From: Octopus bimaculoides
Taxonomy: Eukaryota
Assembly (NCBI RefSeq): GCF_001194135.2
Contig: NC_068981.1
Coordinates: 163,335,844-163,399,843, forward strand
Direction: 5' to 3'
Length of the DNA: 64,000 bases
In this document: positions 25,656 to 36,092 of the stretch, in pieces
Layout of the letters: each line of letters opens with the position of its first letter
Numbering within the stretch: the stretch's first letter is position 1
Position numbers and translations under genes: made by a program
The notes under the pieces: generated by a model
Told to the model about the DNA's origin: nothing
What the model saw: the letters and a program-made list of their open reading frames with translations, nothing else
Databases searched by the model: none

Positions 25656-25904
25656 CATCGATACATGTGTATGATTTTTCACAATGAAACATAGTTTCGT
25701 TAGACACGCTGGGAAGAGGGGAGTTGACCTAAAATGTAATAACAGAACTAAAAGGAATAAGCGAAAGTGGAGCAGTAAAGAGTTTCTGCACAATCGTTCG
25801 ACCAGTGAGAAACGGCAATCAAAATCTCCCATGCATATTGTTTCCAACCATTAAAAAAAATGGGGGTGGGGAGAGACACACATCCAATAACATAGTACTA
25901 CAAA

Positions 25905-26230
25905 CATAGGCGCAGTCGTGGTTGTGTGGTGAGAAGCTTGCTTCCCAACTCCATGATTCCCTTGGCCAAGGGTCTCTCCTATAGCCTCGGAAAAAATCAC
26001 ACGTATAGGTGTCATATCTATCTATCTATCTATGTGTGTCTTTGTGTTTGTTTGTTCTTCGGTCATTGCTTGACAACCGGTGTTTGTGTTTACGTCCCCG
26101 TAACTTAGCGGTCGGCAAAAGAGATCGATACTAAGCTTTAAAAAAAAATCCTGGGGTTGGTTTGATCGACTAAAACCCTTCAAGGTGGCGCTACAGTATG
26201 GCCGCAGTCAAATGACTGAAAACGGTATAA
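25905..26230 (+). mobile_element. tRNA/CORE-type SINE, internally deleted
   Basis: Head ggcgcagtcgtggttgtgtggtgagaagc; tail gcagtcaaatgactgaaa. Confidence 0.8.
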
Positions 26231-26271
26231 AATACATAAATCAGCCCCCCCCCCCAGGTCGCGAATGTTTT

Positions 26272-26791
26272 TCCCACGAGAGTTCCGGACCCCAGTTATG
26301 AACTCATTTGCATACAGCCAATCAGAGCTCAACTATCAAACTAATTTATGAGCGCATAACAAGTGATGGGAGATAAGATATGGTCACTTATGGATAAAGA
26401 ATGACCATGCTTCTTTTCCCTTTTAATAATGCTTATTGTTCCTGTTCTTGTTTCAACCATGGCTGCCTCTGCGTAGTTATTTGTGCTGTTGTTTATTTTG
26501 TATAACAATAAGGGGAGAGGGTTGCTAGCACATCACTATCTACCCACATTTTCCCCATACACATCTTTACCATATGCGGCCCTAACAAAATCCGATTATA
26601 GATATAGATGCAAATCTATCTAATCACTTGTCTCCGTCCAAAAATCAGGCATAACTTTGCGATCGGTCGACATCGTTCTTCGTCTTGAGTTTACTTGGTA
26701 GAGTGTGTTTATTAACTTGACAAGGTCAAAGTGAGCTCTGATTGACTGTATGCAAATGAGTTCATTACTGGGGTCCGGAACTATCGTGGGA
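26272..26791. mobile_element. Non-autonomous DNA element with 59-bp terminal inverted repeats
   Basis: 26272-26330 matches the reverse complement of 26733-26791 with 3 mismatches; no clear TSD. Confidence 0.85.
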
Positions 26792-27259
26792 CTCCCCCTC
26801 CCCTCGGCCAAACGGCATGTTCACGGCGTGAGCAAAGAATTCATTGGTTTATTCGCCTGTTGGCTCAAGTGTTAAGCTAATCCTAAATAACAAATTTGAA
26901 TTATGTGTCAGTTGCCAAACTCTTTATTGTATCCCATAGCAACAATACATAGCTTTTCAGAACGGTGTGTAACCTCACTAATTTTCGTTTCAAGCATGTT
27001 TCTTCAGACCTATTATCTATTCCTTTATCTGTCTACAAATGTGTGCATTGTAAAATAAATAAATAAATAAATAAAAAAATCGCGTCTCGTTTGTTGGAGA
27101 AGAAACCTTGTACGAAACACTGATAATTTTCTCCACAACGCTATTAAATCCGTCGGGACACAGAGGACATTTTATATAATCGATAAAGACACCATTGCTC
27201 TGTTACTATTATTTTCAAACATTTAAGAAACGTATGTTTACATCGGTCCCAACAATTAT

Positions 27260-29370
27260 GGAGTGATCAACTGATGCTTATTTTCTCGACCCCGAAAGGA
27301 TGAAAGGCAAATATCGACCTCGGCGATATTTGAACCAAGAAGGTAAGGACGGGCGAAATACCGCTAGGCAATTTTACCCGGCGTGCTAACGTTTCTCTCA
27401 GCTCGACGTCTTGATAATACACACAGATGTTTCTATAATGAGTTGTGCATATCAAAATATGAACAGAATTAAAAGTGCGTCCTACATAAAACCTACATTT
27501 GAGTAGGTAAGTATAAATGAAAAATAACCAGTGGATTAACGGCAGAAGGTGCATGTCCATACACACAGACGCAAACACAAATGCTGCACAAAAACCTGTG
27601 CCCCTTACATCAGAACCAAGATAAAACAAAAATAGTTAACAGATACAATTAATATTAAAGTTATTGAATGCAAACAGAAAGACACACGCATACACATAGT
27701 TGCGATTCACTATATGTGACATTATGTAGTATAAATCTAAGACGCACTTGGAAATAGCAGCTAATATTTAGGAAGCCCACGCCTATGTGTATTCATTCAG
27801 CTGCTTGTAAAGCTATGTTGTTAGCGGTTTTTTATTGTTCTGTCGGTGAAAATCGAACGTAAAGTGATGTAGCTAAACACTTATCTACCACTACATTGGT
27901 TACGTCCTTTCATTAATAATCCTTACTACTAAACGCACAAGGCTAGGAATTTTGGGGGACGACACTAATCGATTATATCGACCCCCAGTGGTGGTGATGA
28001 TGATGACTTGAAATTTTGACAGAAGGCCAGCAATTTCGGGAGATAGGATAAGTCGATTATACCCACCCCAGTGATCAACTGGTACTTATTTTAACGACGC
28101 CGAAAGGATGAAAGGCGAAGTCGACTTCGGTGGAATTTGAACTAAGAACGTAAAGACGGATGAAATGCCGCTAAGCATTTTGTCCAGAGTGCTAACGTTT
28201 CTGCCAACTCGTCGCTTTAATCACAATAATGCTTTCTACTATAGGTCCAAAGCCTGAAATTTGTGGGGAGGGGGACTAGTCGATTGCATCGACCCCAGTG
28301 TTTCACTGGTACCTAATTTATCGACCGCGAAAGGATGAAAAGTAAAGTCAACCTCGGCGGAATTTGAACTCAGAACGTAGCAACGGGCGAAATACCGCTT
28401 AGCATTACGCCCGTCGCTACGTTCTGAGTTCAAATTCCGCCGAGGTCGCTAAGCACTTCGCTCGGCCGCTAAAGATTCTACCAGCTCGCCGCCTTAATAA
28501 TAATTTCTTTTATTAGCCACAGGGGCATAGATAAAGGGGACATCACAAGGACAGACAACAATTTGTGTGCGGATTTACATAAAGGATGTGGAAAAGATGG
28601 TGAAATGTGATTAGAGTGTACATAATATACAAAGTATGTAATAATATGAATAACGCAGTCCTCTTGAAATAGGAGAAACTCCAGCTCGGGCCAATCAAGG
28701 AACCTCACAGATCCAGGATTACCCTGATCACCAAAGGTACGAGCCCTTTCTCTTGCTCTCCAATCTACAGGAGCATACTTAGAGGAGGACCATTCACTCT
28801 AACCGTTTTTGCCCCAGTCATCCATCTTTTCACAAATTCAATTGAAGGTAGCGCTTCCCTCTCTATCCTCACTTTCCTTTCCAAGTGGAACTTCAAAAAG
28901 TCAATGAGAGCCTGACCGAAGAAGATGGTGTCTTTCTCCAATCCTTGGGTCCCCAATCCTTTCGGCTTCATCCATGAACCACAAAACCTCTTTCGCCATC
29001 CCTGTGCCTATAGTCACAACTATAGGTACGTGGCTTGAAATTTCGAATGGGGGGAGGAGCTAGTCGATTGCAACGATTCCCTAGTGTTCAACTGGTGGAG
29101 CTTGAAAAAAGATGAAAGAAAGTCAACCTCGTCGGAAATTGATCTGAGAATGTAAGGAAAACGGAAGAAACGCCGCTTAGTGGTAACGATAATAATCGTT
29201 TCTAATATAGGCACAAGACTAGAAATTTAGAGTTCCCGCGGTACAATCAATTAAATCAATCTCAATACTCGACAAAAAATTTTTTTTTATCAATTTTGAA
29301 AGAATGAAAGGCAAAGTTGACCGCAGTGAGATTTGAACTTGAACCATAAAGAGAGAAGAAATTCAAAGAA
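27260..29370 (-). mobile_element. Cluster of at least 5 same-orientation copies of a third tRNA-derived SINE family
   Basis: Repeated atcgacccc...aaggatgaaaggcaaagtcgacctcggcggaatttgaactcagaacg at about 27260-27410, 27921-28217, 28233-28495, 29010-29190 and 29200-29370. Minus-strand head ggcggcgagctggcagaa with B box gttcaaattcc. Confidence 0.85.
28500..29012 (-). mobile_element. L1/Tx1-type LINE 3' fragment
   Basis: Minus translation ...QALIDFLKFHLERKVRIEREALPSIEFVKRWMTGAKTVRVNGPPLSMLL* resembles L1/Tx1 ORF2 C-termini, followed by a 3' UTR and A-rich end. Confidence 0.6.
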
Positions 29371-31261
29371 TGTTGTCTAACGATAACTTCTTTGGTCCAG
29401 ACACGAGGCTTTTTTTTTATATATTCAGGTGATGGTGGGAGTCGGTCGATAAAATGGGTTCCATATAAAGGCGTGCAATAAAAGAGCTACAATGGACAGA
29501 CATATGTTCTATACATAGAACACTAGAATCAAATCAATCAAATCGATTGACCGACTGAGCGATCAATCAATCGAATGACTTGAACAAAAGAACACGATGA
29601 CAATTACAAATATTCGATTCTTGTTAGTTTTGCGTATAAGACTATTGACTGAGCTCACAGCTGTTTGGCCGAATCCAGGTAGGTGCCCACTAAGAGGATG
29701 AGAGTAAAAGTGGTGGTGGTGGGGAAATATTTGCGAACCAGTGGGATACGATACTAGTTTATCAATAAATAACTTGTCTTGCTACCTTATTAAGCGAATG
29801 ATAACCACACTAAAATAGGAGGAAAGAAACTTGATTTAAATACCCAATTTGAAAGAAAATTAGCCTTTACTATCAAGAGTGATAGGTAATACAGTCACCT
29901 GGTATGACAAGGTGTAATGGTTCGAGTCCCGGCACTACAGTAGTTTTTTTTTTTTTTTCCCTTTATCTCAAAGTTGTGCTTCTAATATCTAATATCATTT
30001 TACATTCTGTACCACAGCAGTTAAATTCATTCACAAATGACCGACTTTGTCAGCATACAATAAGTAAACACAGAAATCCCGCCCACCACCTTGTTCATTC
30101 TTTTGTTTCAACAAATACTGGAACAAAATGATTTAGCTCTGATAGACGCAACGGAGAAATGCTTTTTTTTTTTTTTTACCAACTAAATTTTTCTTACGAC
30201 TACTAAACATCTGGGATTTCTTTCTATATCGTTAATAAATTAAAATAAGAAAAACGTAGAATAAAATAATCCTTAGCCAGAGCTACATAACAAATCTGGG
30301 ATAAGATGTTTCATTTTCCATAGCTCAGGACAGTTAGATATTAAAGTAAAACCGAATTAAGCAAAATTAATTGACCTTCGCAGTGAAAAGGAAAAAATTG
30401 GTCCGCAACGAGGTATTAACTAAAGAAAAACGACAAAGAAACCACACGAATGATTTTTACCTCAAACTAGTTTTAAATATAAAATGAAATTTAACAGTAA
30501 TAATAATAACGATTAGGCGTTGGGACCCTGTGACATACTTTGGACGTTCAGTAATAATCAATCTTTTGAATTAACTGCAATGTTTAATTGGTACATATTT
30601 TAACAAGGCGTCATCACGAGAGGAACCGAACTATGAAGTAAGTTAAAAAAGAAAAAAAAAAGAGGATTAGGCGGGCGAAAGCTAAGTTGAGGGGCGAATA
30701 TAATACTGATTTTCTGGGGATAATTTTATCGAGGCACAAAAAAAAAAGGAGAGAAAGATGAAAAATAAAAGAAAATATAATGAGCGTAATGCGAGGAATT
30801 TGCCGGAAATAGAGCTCTAAATCGTAGCCAGTGTAAAATTGGTAATATTATTGTTGATACAATACAAAGAAAAGAATACTGTAACACACACACACACACA
30901 CCAGGATTTCAAATTCAATCAAGCTACACCGCATTGCAACTCTTCATTCTACAATTTCATTTCATTTACACAACTACTCCCCACCCCCTCTACAAAGAAA
31001 CACACACACACACACATAATCACGCACATTTCTCTGAAAAAATGTTCAGCCACTGAAGCCGTTCTATGGTCTATCTATACATGATATATCGCACACACAC
31101 ACACATATATATATATATGTGTGTGTGTGTGATGTAAGGTACAAAGAAATTTTTATAACATACATATTATACACAAATAAGATTACATTATTTCACATTT
31201 TAAACAAGAAAAAAAAAAATTCTTTCGAAGCATAAAAATGTAACTTTCAAAATAACCTTAC

Positions 31262-31335
31262 CTGTTTTTTCCTTGATTTCGCATAAAACACTGAATAAAG
31301 CAGGTTTCATACGATGACAGTTTAGCGTGTGTTTC
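31262..31335 (-). CDS. exd: extradenticle/Pbx (TALE homeobox, PBC class) internal coding exon 2, PBC-A domain
   Basis: Minus strand reads tcttttttttttccAG|G AAA CAC ACG CTA AAC TGT CAT CGT ATG AAA CCT GCT TTA TTC AGT GTT TTA TGC GAA ATC AAG GAA AAA ACA G|GTAAGG, i.e. (R)[24 protein letters not shown]. This matches the Exd/PBX PBC-A sequence as recalled. Length (74 nt) and phases (2 to 1) match PBX exon 2 as recalled. Too short for the ORF track. Confidence 0.97.
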
Positions 31336-31642
31336 CTGGAAAAAAAAAGAGAGGACTAGAGTTATTAAAAAGAAGGGAAAAAAAAAGAAAAGATATTGTA
31401 TAACAGATTAACAGCAACACAATTCACGCTATATACAAAATAAAGGGGAAAAACAATCTCAATAAAGTTAAAACAACTGGATACATACAATGTTAAAATT
31501 TATCGCATGCAGCAAAAATATTTATTTATTTCTGTTGGCGTATACTGTAATAATTAAGTTTTAAGTTTATGTTGTTTGTGCACTTACATGTATTGTTTTT
31601 GTGCGTGACAGAGATGTACGTGTGTGCAACCGCGTCTGTGCG

Positions 31643-31680
<38 letters not shown>

Positions 31681-31921
31681 NNNNNNNNNNNNNNNNNNNN
31701 NNNNNNNNNNNNNNNNNNNNNNNNNNNNNNNNNNNNNNNNNNNNNNNNNNNNNNNNNNNNNNNNNNNNNNNNNNNNNNNNNNNNNNNNNNNNNNNNNNNN
31801 NNNNNNNNNNNNNNNNNNNNNNNNNNNNNNNNNNNNNNNNNNNNNNNNNNNNNNNNNNNNNNNNNNNNNNNNNNNNNNNNNNNNNNNNNNNNNNNNNNNN
31901 NNNNNNNNNNNNNNNNNNNNN
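31681..31921. other. Assembly gap likely to overlap exd exon 1. Other gaps: 2949-3407, 7533-7567, 8052-8495, 9625-9900, 16852-17196, 33335-33680, 46478-46487, 52840-53118, 54740-55066, 55461-56115, 61807-61816
   Basis: N-runs are seen directly; the overlap with exon 1 is inference. Confidence 0.6.
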
Positions 31922-32033
31922 AGGGTAGAAGAGCCGAAGAAGGATCCGTGAATATCTGAGGGTCACCTCAACCCGTCGAACGGTTCCAAATGCAGTCTGG
32001 TTCCCTGTTTCGTAGATTTGTCTCTCAGAGGCC

Positions 32034-32046
32034 CTTTATATATAAG
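32034..32046 (-). promoter_or_regulatory. TATA-like box of a putative exd promoter
   Basis: Minus strand CTTATATATAAAG, followed by about 110 nt of unique ATG-free sequence (31922-32033) that runs into the gap 0.35 kb upstream of exon 2. Lies in a CpG-retaining region. AT-rich genomes produce such motifs by chance. Confidence 0.4.
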
Positions 32047-32158
32047 CACGCATATATAATATCGACACACACACACACACAGGCATAAATAGCACAATAA
32101 ATTTCTGACTATAATTGATATTGAGATTTTATATCAGTAAATGTTTATTTATCACTAA

Positions 32159-32200
<42 letters not shown>

Positions 32201-32201
32201 A

Positions 32202-32239
<38 letters not shown>

Positions 32240-34091
32240 AGCAGGGCAGTCTCGGCCGAGGGATTTTTCAATTATCCAGACTCTGAACATAAGACATCTA
32301 ATTAAGCGGAAATCAAAAAGTCCAAAGATTATATTTGCAAGGAGGTGCTTACTCCGGACCTGTGGGTGGGGATATATACGCTGTATTGATTAAAAAAAAA
32401 ATACCCGCGGAATGTAATACGCGTGGGTGTAAAACACACAAACTAACCTATTCCGACACGCACAAAGGAAAAAAAATATTTATAAAGACCGACACGGTAG
32501 GTTTGAGTGGGTGTGTAAGCATAAAAGAAATCATTCAGTTACAGGGATTCGTTAGAATTTTGGTATTTGAACATACAGGACGGCGAAAAGGGGTCGAGTC
32601 CCACACATACGTACACGTATCATACATACACATGTAGCCATATACGTGTATTCGAATATATATATATATATATACACATAGCTTTCCGATCCAATGCAAG
32701 TTATGGGTCCAATATAGGGATGTTTCCACGTGTGATATTTGTATAATAGAACACGAATTTATATATATATATATAAGGATTAAGAAACTATCTACAGAGT
32801 GATTCATAGCTTCGTACGAATAAACAAGCTATAAATGTAATTAATGATTATGCCCTGTGTGTAGCTGTGTGATTAGGTTATGTATTACTGACTTCACGAG
32901 ATTTTTGAATGCCAAACAATAATATACTATTTGAGAGACTCGTTTAGTCAGATCCACAACAAACGTGCGTGTGTGTGTTTGTGTATGAAATATGCACATG
33001 AACATGTATATATATGCTTGTGTATGTTCATACACGCACGCACTCAGGTACGTGTATGCACGCACGCCCAGACACACACACATAAATATATATACACACA
33101 TATTTCTATAAGCAAATATATACATGCATACATATACATCTGTATATGCGAACATTTATACATGTGTATGTAAATAGGCATATGTGTCTGTCTATATATA
33201 TATATATATATATATATGACTGTAAAAAGGATTTAGATAATCCTATCAGGTGGTGCTATCAAGTTAGACATAGCCTGGACCAATCTTTGGTCGAAACGTA
33301 TCTAAGTTTATATATATATATATATATATATATANNNNNNNNNNNNNNNNNNNNNNNNNNNNNNNNNNNNNNNNNNNNNNNNNNNNNNNNNNNNNNNNNN
33401 NNNNNNNNNNNNNNNNNNNNNNNNNNNNNNNNNNNNNNNNNNNNNNNNNNNNNNNNNNNNNNNNNNNNNNNNNNNNNNNNNNNNNNNNNNNNNNNNNNNN
33501 NNNNNNNNNNNNNNNNNNNNNNNNNNNNNNNNNNNNNNNNNNNNNNNNNNNNNNNNNNNNNNNNNNNNNNNNNNNNNNNNNNNNNNNNNNNNNNNNNNNN
33601 NNNNNNNNNNNNNNNNNNNNNNNNNNNNNNNNNNNNNNNNNNNNNNNNNNNNNNNNNNNNNNNNNNNNNNNNNNNNNNNNTATATATATATATATATGGA
33701 GAGAGAGAGAGATATGCACAGATACACACACACACATATATATATATATACATGCATACACCGACTTCCCAGACATTATGGTCCGAAACCTCATGTAATC
33801 TGCACTAATTTATGAGCAGGAACTTCAAATTCCCATGGCCGCCAGACAAGTTTATTAGGCGGCCCTGTTTCCCTGTACGTTGTACAGTACACCAGTATTA
33901 ATAAACTTTTATCATTTATACTAATGTACAGATTACCTGTACATTACAAATAAATTCAATATTTGTTTCAGTCAGAGGGGACCAACACATTGCTTCGGAA
34001 AAAATCAGTGAAGGCTTTGGAACCACAAAGGTTCCGAAAAATCGATGTTGTACTTGTATATACATACATATATGTGGGATAGCTGAGTATA

Positions 34092-34640
34092 CAGGGTGGC
34101 CCAAAAGTAAGTTTACGGTTATTCAACTGTCTCTTTCGCATTCATATATTAACAGTTTGGAACTGTTCTTTCAGCAAGATGGAGCACCTCCACGTTATGC
34201 GTTGACGGTAAGGCAATAATACCTTAACCAAGCCTTATCACGACGTTGGTTTGGAAGACGGGGCAGCATCGAATGGCCACCACGTTCACCTGACCCAACA
34301 CAAATGAATTTCTTTTTTCGGGGGTATTGTAAAGAACAAGGTTTATGAGAAGAATCCCAAAACAGTAAGTGAATTAAAAGATAACATTTCTGACGCATTC
34401 ACTGGAATTGATGGAGATCGGAACTTGTGCCACACTGCGTGTCAGTGTTCTGAAGAGGTTTGAAGAATGTTGCAATGTTGAAGGAGGGCATTTTGAGGAT
34501 CTGAGAGATTAAACATTGTCTGTTTAAGATGTGCATAAACAATATGATTGTAAGATAGAAATTTAAATGTAATAAAATGTTTTTAAAAGAAATTTAAAGT
34601 GCCTACGTGATAACCATAAACCTACTCTTGGGCCACCTTG
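34092..34640 (+). mobile_element. Internally deleted Tc1/mariner element with a transposase C-terminal remnant
   Basis: TA|CAGGGTGGCCCAAAAGTAAGTTTACGGTTAT...ATAACCATAAACCTACTCTTGGGCCACCTTG|TA. Internal LFFQQDGAPPRY...EWPPRSPDPTQMNFF...VKNKVY...EGGHFE with a stop and frameshifts. Confidence 0.95.
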
Positions 34641-35544
34641 TATAATTTATATATTCTTACGTTCGTTTCAGTTATTGAACTGTGATCATGCTGACACCGC
34701 CTTGATAGACTGTAGTTATGCTGGGGGGGGGGTCTTGTTGAGCAAATCGATCCCAGCACTTATTCTATCGGTGTGCATAAACAAACCGTATACACAGATA
34801 TGTATACAAGTCTACCAAATCCACTCACAAAGCTTTGATCAGCCCAAAGCTATAGTAGAAAATACCTGTCCAAGGTGCTACGCAGTGGGACTTGAACTCC
34901 GAAACATGTGGTCAGGAAGCAAACTTACCACACAGCCACGGCTGCGCCTACACACACACACATTCGTGCGAACGCACACGCTAGTATACTGGTGATGTCC
35001 AGTAATGGAAATGTTTGTTATGAACTAGGGTTCGCAGACAGTTTAAACCACCCACTACTGTAAAGTGAAAAGTAGCACTCTACCTGCGTATTCCACACAT
35101 AGTGACGTCGTGTGTACTGTTTACTTATTCGATATAACAATTATCAAAATAAATAATGCGCCTAACATGAAAGGATAATGACTTTTAAAAAATTATAGAC
35201 AGGAAAAAATAATTAGAAAAGAAAATCAAGCAAATTAGTGTAAATAATATTGAACTATGCGGAGTGAAGCGTGTGATTCTGTGTATGTTGCACACATTGC
35301 ATGATGTTTGTGTGAGTACTATTCGATTGGTTTGAATGTACATGTGTGTGTGCGTGCGTGCGTGCGTACTGTTGAACTGATACAAGTCAATTTAGAGAGA
35401 CAAATACACGCAAAACCAAAAAGAGATACACGTGTTACTGACACTCTACACAAACACACACACACATATCTGTGTGTGTATGTATGTAAACACACACATA
35501 TATACACACTACGCACACACAAAAGATATATAGATACATATGTA

Positions 35545-36092
35545 CATAGCGTGCCACCAAAAAGATGTTAACATCTGATTACTCAATTTTCATTTCTTTG
35601 TAGATTTACTAATTAGAAATAATGAAATAAGCCAGACTAGGCTTTGAACGAAGGCAATTTTATCCTAAAATGTTTACTGGAAGTTTGAAAATGCAGTCAA
35701 AGCACAAAGACAGTTTAGGAGGGAAGTTCCACCTTCATGACTTGAATTAGAGATAAATTTGAAGCAAGATGGAAATGTTCCAGAAGACACTCTGCAAGAA
35801 AGGATACTAAAAAAGAAGTATAGCCAGTGTTCAAAGAAATCTGTGCTGTCAAGTAAGTTGTGAGATAAGAACCTCAAAATCAAGGATTGATTGCATTTTG
35901 AAACATTGTCATTATGTTTCATTCCAAATAATGCATGCACTCAAATATGACGATCCAGACCAAAGAGTAGAGTTTTGTAAATGGTACTTGGCAAAATGTG
36001 TAGAAGACATGCACTTTCCAACAAGGATTGCTTAGAGTGATGAGGCTACATTTGAATTAAATAACACAGTTAACTGCCACAATTGCACTTCC
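35545..36092 (+). mobile_element. Tc1/mariner transposase N-terminal remnant
   Basis: Frameshifted ...YWKFENAVKAQRQFRREVPPS...MHALKYDDPDQRVEFCKWYL...SDEATFELNNTVNCHNC; TIR-like start near 35545. Confidence 0.85.

Noticed and set aside
26620-26811. 63-aa ORF in CpG-rich DNA
   Set aside because: Lies within a MITE and crosses its TIR; no homology.
27090-27185. Helitron-like 5' end on the minus strand
   Set aside because: No matching 3' hairpin-CTRR end identified.
31930-31965. ccgaagaaggat...atctgagggtc as a hammerhead
   Set aside because: Core too degenerate and no stem I; better explained as putative exd 5' UTR.
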